DNA from: Promethearchaeia archaeon
GTDB lineage: Archaea; Asgardarchaeota; Lokiarchaeia; Sigyniarchaeales; SOKP01
NCBI GenBank assembly: GCA_046497275.1
Contig: JAWOFX010000035.1
Span: 1 to 32,000 of the forward strand
Reading direction: 5' to 3'
Length of the DNA stretch: 32,000 bases
Position 1 is the stretch's first letter. Each line of letters begins with the position of its first letter. The notes beneath the pieces are model-generated. The model was not told the origin of the DNA. It saw only the letters and a program-made list of their open reading frames with translations, and did no database searches. Made by a program: the position numbers and the translations under genes. Shown in pieces: positions 1 through 7,859 of the stretch.

Positions 1-926
1 TTTAATCCTCCCACTTTTCCTTCATGAGTTAATTTTCCGTCTCGCATATGGAGGGTTCTACTGGCAAATTCTGAAACCGCCGCGTCATGGCTTACGGCCA
101 CAAATGTAGCACCTCTTGCATTCAAGTCTCTTAATAAATTTAGAATAAGTATTCCAGTTTTAGAATCTAAATCACCAGTGGGTTCATCTAATACACAAAT
201 TGCAGGATCGTTAGCAAATGCACGGGCGATAGCAACCCTCTGTTGCTCTCCCCCACTCAATTCACTCGGAGTATGGTGTGCTCGCTCTTCTAAGCCTACC
301 AAATTCAGAAGATCCATTGCACGTTTTTTCTTTCCTCTCTTGCTTAATTTACCTTTAAAATGAAGAGGAACCATTACATTTTCAAGTGCAGTCATCTGAG
401 GAAGAAGATTATAAAATTGAAAAACAAATCCGATTCGATCTCGCCTAATATCCGCTAAATTGTTATCAGATAACATAGAGATATTTTGACCTTCAAGAAA
501 AATCTTCCCTCTCGTAGCAGTATCAAGACCCCCAATTAAATTCAAAAGAGTAGTTTTTCCGCTTCCGGAAGGACCCATTATAGACACGAATTCTCCCTTA
601 TCTATTGTTAAGTCAATTCCACGTAACGCTGCTACTGCAGTAGTTCCAAGTAGATAAGTTTTATGAAGATTCTCAACAACAATAAGATGGTCATAATCGC
701 TCCCCGCTTTTTTCCCCTCATCAAATCCTTTTTGAAGTTTCTGCTTTTCTCGTTTAGAATATAACAGTTTTTCTCTTTTTTTAGATTTAATTTGTTCCTT
801 TTCTTTTTTCTTTTTCCATTTATGATAGCCTTCTGTGATCTCACCGTTCCAAATGGCTAAATTACCAGTCTCTTCTTCATATTCCGTCATTAAAGATGTC
901 TTTTCAGGTTGATTTTGAGTTGTCAT
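1..926 (-). CDS. ABC transporter ATP-binding protein, LolD/MacB-like; 3' end runs off the window; ~80-aa N-terminal extension
   Basis: Absent from the ORF track because no stop lies in the window. Manual translation from ATG at 926: MTTQNQPEKTSLMTEYEEE...LIVVENLHKTY...GPSGSGKTT (Walker A)...GFVFQFYNLLP (Q-loop)...LSGGEQQRVAIARA (signature)...VLDEPTGDLD (Walker B/D-loop)...VSHD (H-loop). Confidence 0.93.
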   Translation of the reverse strand, partial: MTTQNQPEKTSLMTEYEEETGNLAIWNGEITEGYHKWKKKKEKEQIKSKKREKLLYSKREKQKLQKGFDEGKKAGSDYDHLIVVENLHKTYLLGTTAVAALRGIDLTIDKGEFVSIMGPSGSGKTTLLNLIGGLDTATRGKIFLEGQNISMLSDNNLADIRRDRIGFVFQFYNLLPQMTALENVMVPLHFKGKLSKRGKKKRAMDLLNLVGLEERAHHTPSELSGGEQQRVAIARAFANDPAICVLDEPTGDLDSKTGILILNLLRDLNARGATFVAVSHDAAVSEFASRTLHMRDGKLTHEGKVGGL

Positions 927-1340
927 TTCTATATTCTCAGTTCAAATTAATAACTCTAATATATTCAAATAGATTATGTTTAACTTTTTAAAACTTTTCA
1001 CTCATAAAATTTTAAACTTCTTTTCTATTTGAATTTAGCCATTATATTAAATATTGACATTCTATATGAGTAGAATGTTTTAAAAAAATGTCTTATAATA
1101 AAATAAAATTGAGAATCTCTCATATCTTGATTCATAAATTTATCTGATTGTAATTTTCCAAATTTAAGTTTATATCCTAAGTGTTAATCCAAATAAATAG
1201 AAAAATTTGTTTAAACACTAATAAATCTATCAAAATCAGCTTTTAAATAACACAATATATCTTATAAGATATAGAAATCTATAAAAGGAACCATTTTAAT
1301 CAAAGAAACAAGATTTCAAGAAGAGCGATAGAAATTTTAT

Positions 1341-1697
1341 TTACAAATCCTTTCTTCTTGCTTCTTCAATTTTATTTTTTAATAAAAGATTGTCCTCTCT
1401 CAATCTCTCAATTTCCTCAAATAAAGGTTTCACGATTGAAACCAGTTGTTCTTTTGAAAATAGATTATCATTATCTAGCTCTTGAATTTCTTGACCACGG
1501 ATTTTCCCTTCTTTGTCTATATAGAGTATTGTAAGTAATTCTCTTATTTCTCCACCCTCTATATTATCATGTAAAAAAACATAAGGAAAAGGATATTTAT
1601 TCCGACCTTCCAACATCTCTTTTGAAATCTTTATTTCATGCGTTTTATTACAATAATTACAGCGGTAATGTTTGACAATTGAATCTTTATCGGACAT
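1341..1697 (-). CDS. Hypothetical protein with N-terminal CxxC/His putative zinc site and C-terminal coiled coil
   Basis: 118-aa ORF with ATG start; C13xxC16, H20, H43; heptad-like tail EEIERLREDNLLLKNKIEE; begins 22 bp after the RNase III stop on the same strand. Confidence 0.8.
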   Translation of the reverse strand: MSDKDSIVKHYRCNYCNKTHEIKISKEMLEGRNKYPFPYVFLHDNIEGGEIRELLTILYIDKEGKIRGQEIQELDNDNLFSKEQLVSIVKPLFEEIERLREDNLLLKNKIEEARRKDL

Positions 1698-1719
1698 TAT
1701 ATAAAATAGGAAATATGAA

Positions 1720-2457
1720 TTATAAATTAAATTTTTTTCTCAAAACTTTTAACATTTTGTAATATAGATTTTGTTCTGCTTGCTTTTTAGTTCTTGATTT
1801 CTTGGATTCTAAATTATGTATTATTGAACTTATTTTTTCTAATAACTCATTATCTTGATTATAAATTCGAGGATTTTTGGCAATCCAGATTGGATTATTA
1901 TCAGGTCCTATTGATTCAAAATTAGTATTAATTATTGGGGTGAATCTTAATTTTGCTTGTAAAAATTCCAAAAGTTTATTCTTGTTTAAAATTGGGGAAT
2001 CTTTTACGATATTATCCCAATCTTCATAAAATTTGTTAATGATGCAGTTCTCGACCGTTTTTAAATTCTCTCCGGAATCTAAAAATAATGCCCCACATAA
2101 AGCCTCAAAAACATCTGCAAGAATTTTTGTTCCTTCTATATTTTGGCTTTCTGATTTGTAAATATAATTTTCTAATTTAAAATATTTTCGAGCAATTCTT
2201 TTAAGCATCTCATCATTTTCTAATTGTTGTTTTAATTGAGTTAATTTTCCTGGTGACCGAACCCCATCTTTATATTTTTTTAAAATAAATATCAATTTTA
2301 TCACGCTGTCTCCTAATGTTTCTAATATTTCATAATCTCTAACTCCATGTTCATGTCCATATTGTGGTGTTGTTAATGCCTGTTTTAGTAATTGCTTATC
2401 ACTAAACACATAATCTAATTTATTTTGAATTCCATTACTTTTATTCTCTTCAATCAT
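1720..2457 (-). CDS. rnc: Ribonuclease III (RNase III domain + dsRNA-binding domain)
   Basis: Signature EILETLGD (cf. ERLEFLGD); ADVFEALCGALFLD (cf. ADxxEAxxGAxxLD); C-terminal dsRBD-like NKLLEFLQ...GPDNNPIW...KKQAEQ. Confidence 0.9.
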   Translation of the reverse strand: MIEENKSNGIQNKLDYVFSDKQLLKQALTTPQYGHEHGVRDYEILETLGDSVIKLIFILKKYKDGVRSPGKLTQLKQQLENDEMLKRIARKYFKLENYIYKSESQNIEGTKILADVFEALCGALFLDSGENLKTVENCIINKFYEDWDNIVKDSPILNKNKLLEFLQAKLRFTPIINTNFESIGPDNNPIWIAKNPRIYNQDNELLEKISSIIHNLESKKSRTKKQAEQNLYYKMLKVLRKKFNL

Positions 2458-2475
2458 CTATTATCTTAATTTTTA

Positions 2476-2494
2476 GAAAGATTTAAAAATTTAG
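2476..2494. promoter_or_regulatory. Putative bidirectional TATA element between divergent genes
   Basis: GAAAG-ATTTAAAAAT-TTAG lies ~30 bp from both the ATG at 2457 (-) and the ATG at 2512 (+), within a 54-bp intergenic gap. This fits archaeal leaderless-transcript spacing. Confidence 0.45.
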
Positions 2495-2511
2495 AAGAAA
2501 CTAATAAATAT

Positions 2512-2949
2512 ATGGAAAGTGAAGAGAATTGGAAGCAAATAATCTCTAAAATAAAAAATATTGAACAAAAATATACTAATTTACACGAATATCTTTCCAG
2601 TTTAAATATTCCTTCTCGTGATTCTATTCTTGAAGAGATTCATAAAAATATCATAATGGACCACCCCATTTTCAAAGAATTTGGAAGTTTAAAGGATGAA
2701 ATGTTTATAGAAAAAACCAATAAAAAATCAAAAAAGATCCATAATTTTATCCAAACCACAATTAAAAACATTAAAGTCAATCCAGTTAAAAAAGTCTTTT
2801 ATTTACGTAAGTTTCTTGATAAATTTATAGATATCTCCGAATCAGACAAAAATGTTGTTATAAAATCCTTGAAAAATACGGGTATTGATGAATTAAATGA
2901 AAAAATGGAGTCTCTTATTAAAATTTTTAAGATTGAAGATATTGAATAA
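2512..2949 (+). CDS. Hypothetical protein (predicted helical, soluble)
   Basis: 145-aa ATG ORF filling the gap between genes; no motif recognised. Confidence 0.75.
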   Translation: MESEENWKQIISKIKNIEQKYTNLHEYLSSLNIPSRDSILEEIHKNIIMDHPIFKEFGSLKDEMFIEKTNKKSKKIHNFIQTTIKNIKVNPVKKVFYLRKFLDKFIDISESDKNVVIKSLKNTGIDELNEKMESLIKIFKIEDIE

Positions 2950-3029
2950 AATAAATTTACAGAATTCTTCCTAAAAAATAAAAAAATAAATAAAAGCGAC
3001 GAATTAGATTATTCCAAAACTAATTTCTA

Positions 3030-3413
3030 TTACAAATCAAATAATTCTGTTAATTTTAATACTTTTGAGATTCCTCTGATTTTTATCTTTCTTGTTATAA
3101 TTTTGCCTAACATTGAAAGTGTTGAGAGTTTACCAGCTGCAATTTTTAAAAATAATTCAGTACTAGTTGCTAACTTCCCATCCCATCCCAATACATCTTT
3201 TTTGAGATTTTTCTTTTCATCATTTTTAATACCATCAACTTCAACGTGTCCATCCTTTATTTTAATAAGAGCAGCATATCTTCCATCCGTAGCATTCAAT
3301 AGAATTTTAAGATCTGTATCTTTAAATTTTTTCTTGAATTTCTCATTATCGTTTAAAGGTTCAAATTGTTGAGAAATTATCTTAGCAAATCCGCGTAATT
3401 TTTTATCAGACAT
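3030..3413 (-). CDS. SCP2 (sterol carrier protein 2-like) lipid-binding domain protein
   Basis: 127 aa with the SCP2-type pattern ILLNATDG..ALIKIKDGHVEV...KLATSTELFLKIAAGKLS...IITRKIKIRG...KL..LF. Confidence 0.78.
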   Translation of the reverse strand: MSDKKLRGFAKIISQQFEPLNDNEKFKKKFKDTDLKILLNATDGRYAALIKIKDGHVEVDGIKNDEKKNLKKDVLGWDGKLATSTELFLKIAAGKLSTLSMLGKIITRKIKIRGISKVLKLTELFDL

Positions 3414-3467
3414 TTTTAAACTTCTAATTTATAGTAATTGTATTAATTATTCTTTTATATTGGAAAG

Positions 3468-3483
3468 AATATAAATCTTTAAA
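3468..3483 (-). promoter_or_regulatory. Putative BRE/TATA promoter of the SCP2 gene
   Basis: Minus strand reads TTTAAAGA-TTTATATT, ~60 bp upstream of the ATG at 3413. Confidence 0.4.
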
Positions 3484-3570
3484 CTATGAAATTATCTAAT
3501 GGTTTTAGATCAAGTATAATTAAATCACAGAATATTATATGAACTACCTTAAATTCTTTTAGAATGAGCT

Positions 3571-3819
3571 TTAATACCCAGATTCCTCGCTGCCTGTGAA
3601 AAACTCTTCATAGGCTTTTCTATCTTCGATAGATATCCTATCTGCTTTACTCTCTTTAATAACGATTGGTGATATTTCTTTATCGTCGTGCCTGATTTTT
3701 TTAATGATTTTATAATCATTTTCATCTTTACTAAACTCAAAATATTGATCACAGGCTTTGCAATATAATTTCTTATCCTTTGGAATTAGAATATTATCAC
3801 AATTTGGACAAAAGCGCAC
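3571..3819 (-). CDS. RpoM/TFS (RPA12/RPB9/RPC11-like) N-terminal zinc-ribbon protein lacking the C-terminal ribbon
   Basis: MRFCPNCDNILIPKDKKLYCKAC is a typical RNA_POL_M zinc ribbon. GTG start is preceded by a GGTGA Shine-Dalgarno-like motif. No second CxxC pair or RSADE motif. Confidence 0.82.
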   Translation of the reverse strand: MRFCPNCDNILIPKDKKLYCKACDQYFEFSKDENDYKIIKKIRHDDKEISPIVIKESKADRISIEDRKAYEEFFTGSEESGY

Positions 3820-4239
3820 AGTTTTTTCACCTTTTCTTTTTCTATAGTTCTATCTTTATCAATTTTTTACTTGTGATTCAAGGAATTTTTTTCTTACTAT
3901 TTTTTAGATCCTTATATTACATATTATTAGATCCTTTTGTAGTAAATTTTTCTTAACTTAATCATAAAATAAATAAAGGTATATAAACCTTTTTATAATC
4001 CAAAATGTTATAATCATCCAAGAAAACAATTATTAAAAAGTTTTGTTAAGGAATTATTAATTAATTATTTATCCTTAGATTCTGCTTTATTTTCTTTTAC
4101 TTTTTCATTTTAAACATTCCAAGGAAAAAGTTTTGGAATCCATTATTATGGGTGATTTTATTCTCAATAACTAATACACGATAAATTTACTCAAATAATC
4201 AAATTAATCTTAAAATTATACTATTCTTTATTTTATATT

Positions 4240-4569
4240 ATGGATGAAAAAGTTGAGGAATACTTTAATAAACAGCTCTCTCCCCAAAAAGAAATATGTC
4301 TTAAATTAAGAACGTTAATCATAAAAAGATTTCCAAATATTAATGAAAAAATTAGATGGGGTGTCCCTAATTATAATGATAAATTTTATATTGTAGGTTT
4401 AAAAGATAGTGTAAATTTAGGATTCTCCATAGAAGGTTTAAAGAAGAGTGAGATCTCTTTATTCCAAGGAACTGGAAAAACCATGAGACATTTGAAATTT
4501 AAAAAATTAAATGATATTGATTCGGAAAAAATAACCAAATTAATAGAACTCGTTTGGAAATCAAATTAA
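4240..4569 (+). CDS. DUF1801 (YdhG-like) protein
   Basis: VEEYF...LRTLI...EKIRWGVPNY...VNLGF...GTGKTMRHLKF matches the DUF1801 pattern. Confidence 0.85.
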   Translation: MDEKVEEYFNKQLSPQKEICLKLRTLIIKRFPNINEKIRWGVPNYNDKFYIVGLKDSVNLGFSIEGLKKSEISLFQGTGKTMRHLKFKKLNDIDSEKITKLIELVWKSN

Positions 4570-4692
4570 ATAAAATTTTATTAATTCAATTCTTTCTTAA
4601 ACTATTTAAAAATTAAAATATGAAAATAAATAACATAAATGATAAAAAGACCTAACTTATTATTTAATTTAAATTTGGTGTGAATCAGTTTT

Positions 4693-5412
4693 ATGAATGA
4701 AAATATATTATTAATTGGGCATCGTGGAGCAAATAAGGAGGCACCTGAAAATACTTTAAAATCATTTCAAAAAGCGATAGAACTTGGCGCAGATTATATA
4801 GAATTTGATGTCCATATGAGCAAAGATCATGAAATTATTATTATGCATGATGAGAATACATATCGCACAACAGGGTATGCAGGATTAATTAAAGAAATGA
4901 CTTTATCAGAATTAAAAGAATTAGATTGTGGCGAAGGAGAGCAAATTCCTACTCTTCAAGAATTGATAGAATTATCAAAGGGGAAAATAAATTTACAATG
5001 TGAAATAAAGGCAGAAGGTTTAGCTGATAAATTAGTAAAAGTTTTTCGAGAAGAAAATCTAATAACTTCTTCAATTATCAGTTCTTTCAATCATAAAGAA
5101 CTAAAAGAAGTGCAAAGATTAGAAAGCGATTTAAAACTAGCTGCGCTCGAACCAACTGGATCAGGATGGATAACAGATTGGGTTTCTAAGAAAAAAATTG
5201 TTGATAATGCTAAAGAAAACAAATTTTTTGGCATAAATCCACTATATAAACTTATAACAAAAGATTTAGTTGATTATGCTCACGAAAAAGGTTTAAGTGT
5301 AATTCCTTGGACAGTTGATTCAATAAATGCCATAAAAAAATTAATTGAACAAGAAGTCGATGGGATTATAACAAATGATATCAGAAAAGCGAAAAAAATA
5401 TTAAATCGATAG
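4693..5412 (+). CDS. Glycerophosphodiester phosphodiesterase (GlpQ/UgpQ family)
   Basis: IGHRGA, PENTL, IEFDVH, IMHD, IPTLQE, PWTVD and GIITN motifs. Confidence 0.93.
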   Translation: MNENILLIGHRGANKEAPENTLKSFQKAIELGADYIEFDVHMSKDHEIIIMHDENTYRTTGYAGLIKEMTLSELKELDCGEGEQIPTLQELIELSKGKINLQCEIKAEGLADKLVKVFREENLITSSIISSFNHKELKEVQRLESDLKLAALEPTGSGWITDWVSKKKIVDNAKENKFFGINPLYKLITKDLVDYAHEKGLSVIPWTVDSINAIKKLIEQEVDGIITNDIRKAKKILNR

Positions 5413-5559
5413 ATATCAATTAGTTTCAATCTTTTTCTTAGGAAATGCATAAATTAATTAAAATCTACGTTCTAAAGTGAATTTAATAAAATATTTTAGG
5501 AAATTACGACTTAATAATTCAATAATCAATAAGGAATTTATTAAGAGAAGAATGTAAAA

Positions 5560-7062
5560 ATGTTCTCTCAAACTATAGAAATAACTAATAAGATTGATTT
5601 TGACAAACTATTCTATCCTAGAGCTATAGGAATAATTGGTGCCTCCTACAATCCTACGGGAGGGGGTTATTTTGTCCAAGTTATGAAAGATCGATTACGC
5701 ATACCAATGTATCTTTTTAATCCAAGATTGAGAGGAAAAGAGCTCTATGGTAGAAAAGTTTATGCATCAATATTAGATATTCCCGAAGACAAACCAATAG
5801 ACTACGTAATTATTGCAGTTCCAGCTAAAATTGTTCCCAAAATAATGAAAGAAGTCGGTCAAAAAAGTGTACCTTTTGTAACTATCTTTAGTTCCGGGTT
5901 CAGTGAAGTTGGAAATGAGGGATTAGAGGATGAAGTACTAAGCATCGCTAAACAATTTGGGGTCAGAATTATCGGTCCAAACTGCATTGGAGTATACTGT
6001 CCCGAATCTGATTTATATTTTGGGAGGGATCAATCAAAAAAAACAGGAAATTTTGGTGGAGTATTCCAATCTGGAGGTCTTGCGGTAAATGCATCTCAAT
6101 TGGCTGTTGCATATGGGTGCTATATATCGAAAATGATTTCAATCGGAAATGCGATTGATCTTTCCCATCCAGACTTTCTTGAATATTTTTTGGAAGATGA
6201 TAAAACAGCAATAATAGGTTTATATTTAGAAAACTTGAAAAACCAGAAATATGGTAGGCGTTTTATGGATGCTGCGATAAAATGCAATTTAAACAGAAAG
6301 CCTGTCATATTATGGAGAGCTGGATACGGAGAGGCAACTAAAAAAGCTATACAATCCCATACAGGAGGTTTGGCAGGAAATAATGAAATCTGGAAAGCAG
6401 TAGCAAAACAAACAGGTTGTTGTTTGGTCAATAATTCCATTGAACTTTCTGCTCTTGCTGCGGCATTTAAATTAACTCATTTACCCTCTTCAAGAAACAT
6501 TGGATTGATAGGAATAGGAGGAGGCTCTACAATTGAGGCAAGTGACACATTAGAAAAGTATAATATAAAAATACCTCAATTAACAAAAAAAACTATTAAT
6601 ATAATGGCAAGATTTCTTCCAGAAGTGAATACTAATTTGAAGAATCCATTAGACCTCGGAGCTTTAGGAGCAATGCCTCATTTATATTATCGAACTATTA
6701 TAACTCTTGATAAAGACCCTAATATCTCTTCAATAGTTTTTGTAAAAGATCCAGAAAGATTTAAAAATTTAGAAGAAACAATGATTTCGAAAATGGGATT
6801 TAAGGAAGGTGTGGATTTAAATAGAGCTTTTATAAAATACATAACTAAAGCGAAAAGAGTATGTGATAAACCGATGTATTGTGTTATGCTTAAAATATCT
6901 GAGGGTTTTGAAGAATATAAAAGCCGCTACAAATTCAAGCTAAAGCTTCTCAATAGAAATGTGCCTGTATATGAGAATTTCGAATTAATCGGAACTGTTC
7001 TTGATCAAATGAATAAATATAGAGAATTCCTACAAGCGCACGGGAAATATCCAAAAAATTAG
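5560..7062 (+). CDS. CoA-binding protein; ADP-forming acetate/acyl-CoA ligase alpha-subunit family
   Basis: IGAS, IFSSGFSEVG, RIIGPNCIG, FQSGG, ISIGNAID, phospho-His motif QSHTGGLAG, NPLD; no ATP-grasp beta domain in the ORF. Confidence 0.88.
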   Translation: MFSQTIEITNKIDFDKLFYPRAIGIIGASYNPTGGGYFVQVMKDRLRIPMYLFNPRLRGKELYGRKVYASILDIPEDKPIDYVIIAVPAKIVPKIMKEVGQKSVPFVTIFSSGFSEVGNEGLEDEVLSIAKQFGVRIIGPNCIGVYCPESDLYFGRDQSKKTGNFGGVFQSGGLAVNASQLAVAYGCYISKMISIGNAIDLSHPDFLEYFLEDDKTAIIGLYLENLKNQKYGRRFMDAAIKCNLNRKPVILWRAGYGEATKKAIQSHTGGLAGNNEIWKAVAKQTGCCLVNNSIELSALAAAFKLTHLPSSRNIGLIGIGGGSTIEASDTLEKYNIKIPQLTKKTINIMARFLPEVNTNLKNPLDLGALGAMPHLYYRTIITLDKDPNISSIVFVKDPERFKNLEETMISKMGFKEGVDLNRAFIKYITKAKRVCDKPMYCVMLKISEGFEEYKSRYKFKLKLLNRNVPVYENFELIGTVLDQMNKYREFLQAHGKYPKN

Positions 7063-7104
7063 AATATTTTATTAAATATTTGCTCTCATATTTTATCTTC
7101 AACC

Positions 7105-7764
7105 TTATTTTTTGTATTTTTTTAAAATCATCATAATATCTGAGCCAAAATTTATAAATTTCGGGAGTGGAATAAAGCCCATCCAATAATAGTTCTTCTC
7201 AAGAATTATAAAACCTATTTTTTTTAATTTAGAAATTAAAACTCTTTCAGGAAGAATAGAAACATGTGTGGGATCATTTTCAAATCTTAAAAATTCTGTT
7301 ATTTTATATTGAGTGCGTATTGGTATTCTTAGTAGAAATATGCCATCTTCTGCCAAACATTTATGTATATTTCTTAGAGGTGCCTCAATATTATTAATAT
7401 GTTCTATAACATCCATACATATTATTACATTGAAATAATTTTTAGGATATGGAAGTTCCTTTGTGATATCATGAACCCAAAAATGTTTTTCATTTAAATC
7501 TGGTAAAATTTTCTTACACATTTCAATCGCGTGTTTAGAAATGTCGCATCCATAGATTTCAAACCACTTTTTCATAAAATAAAGCATAAATCCATAACTG
7601 CATCCAATGTCTAAAGCCTTGCCACTTTGAACATATTTTTTTATTAGATCTATTTTGCCTTTCCAAAATATTTCTCTCCTAAGAAAGAGATATCCCCCTG
7701 GTAATTTAGCGTAGTTTGATCCCGATCCTATATAATAATCTTCTTCATATTTTTCTGATTTCAA
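7105..7764 (-). CDS. Class I SAM-dependent methyltransferase
   Basis: Motif I ALDIGCSYG, GCDIS, FNVIICMDVIEH, DPTH. The TTG start position is uncertain. Confidence 0.88.
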   Translation of the reverse strand: MKSEKYEEDYYIGSGSNYAKLPGGYLFLRREIFWKGKIDLIKKYVQSGKALDIGCSYGFMLYFMKKWFEIYGCDISKHAIEMCKKILPDLNEKHFWVHDITKELPYPKNYFNVIICMDVIEHINNIEAPLRNIHKCLAEDGIFLLRIPIRTQYKITEFLRFENDPTHVSILPERVLISKLKKIGFIILEKNYYWMGFIPLPKFINFGSDIMMILKKYKK

Positions 7765-7859
7765 ATCATCAGAATTCTTCAGTTGAAATCGTCTCCCTTT
7801 CTTTTTAATTTTATAATTGTAAAACTTATGTTTAATTAATATTGTAAAATTTATTAAAA

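Noticed and set aside
178-844. ORF-track entries 178..363 (+) and 632..844 (-)
   Set aside because: They are antisense and alternative-frame shadows of the ABC ATPase gene (1-926), which has all canonical motifs.
1057-1273. Inverted repeat ACATTCTA-N6-TAGAATGT (1057-1078) and perfect 18-bp palindrome TATATCTTATAAGATATA (1256-1273)
   Set aside because: At this AT content roughly one such palindrome is expected by chance per window, and neither motif recurs elsewhere as far as I can see.
3414-3570. Frameshifted remnant of the missing TFS C-terminal zinc ribbon
   Set aside because: I found no CxxC or RSADE-like coding remnant downstream of the stop.
4116-4139. TTCCAAGGAAA resembling an archaeal ORB origin box
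   Set aside because: The match is imperfect, there is no G-string, no repeated ORBs, and no cdc6/orc1 gene in the window.
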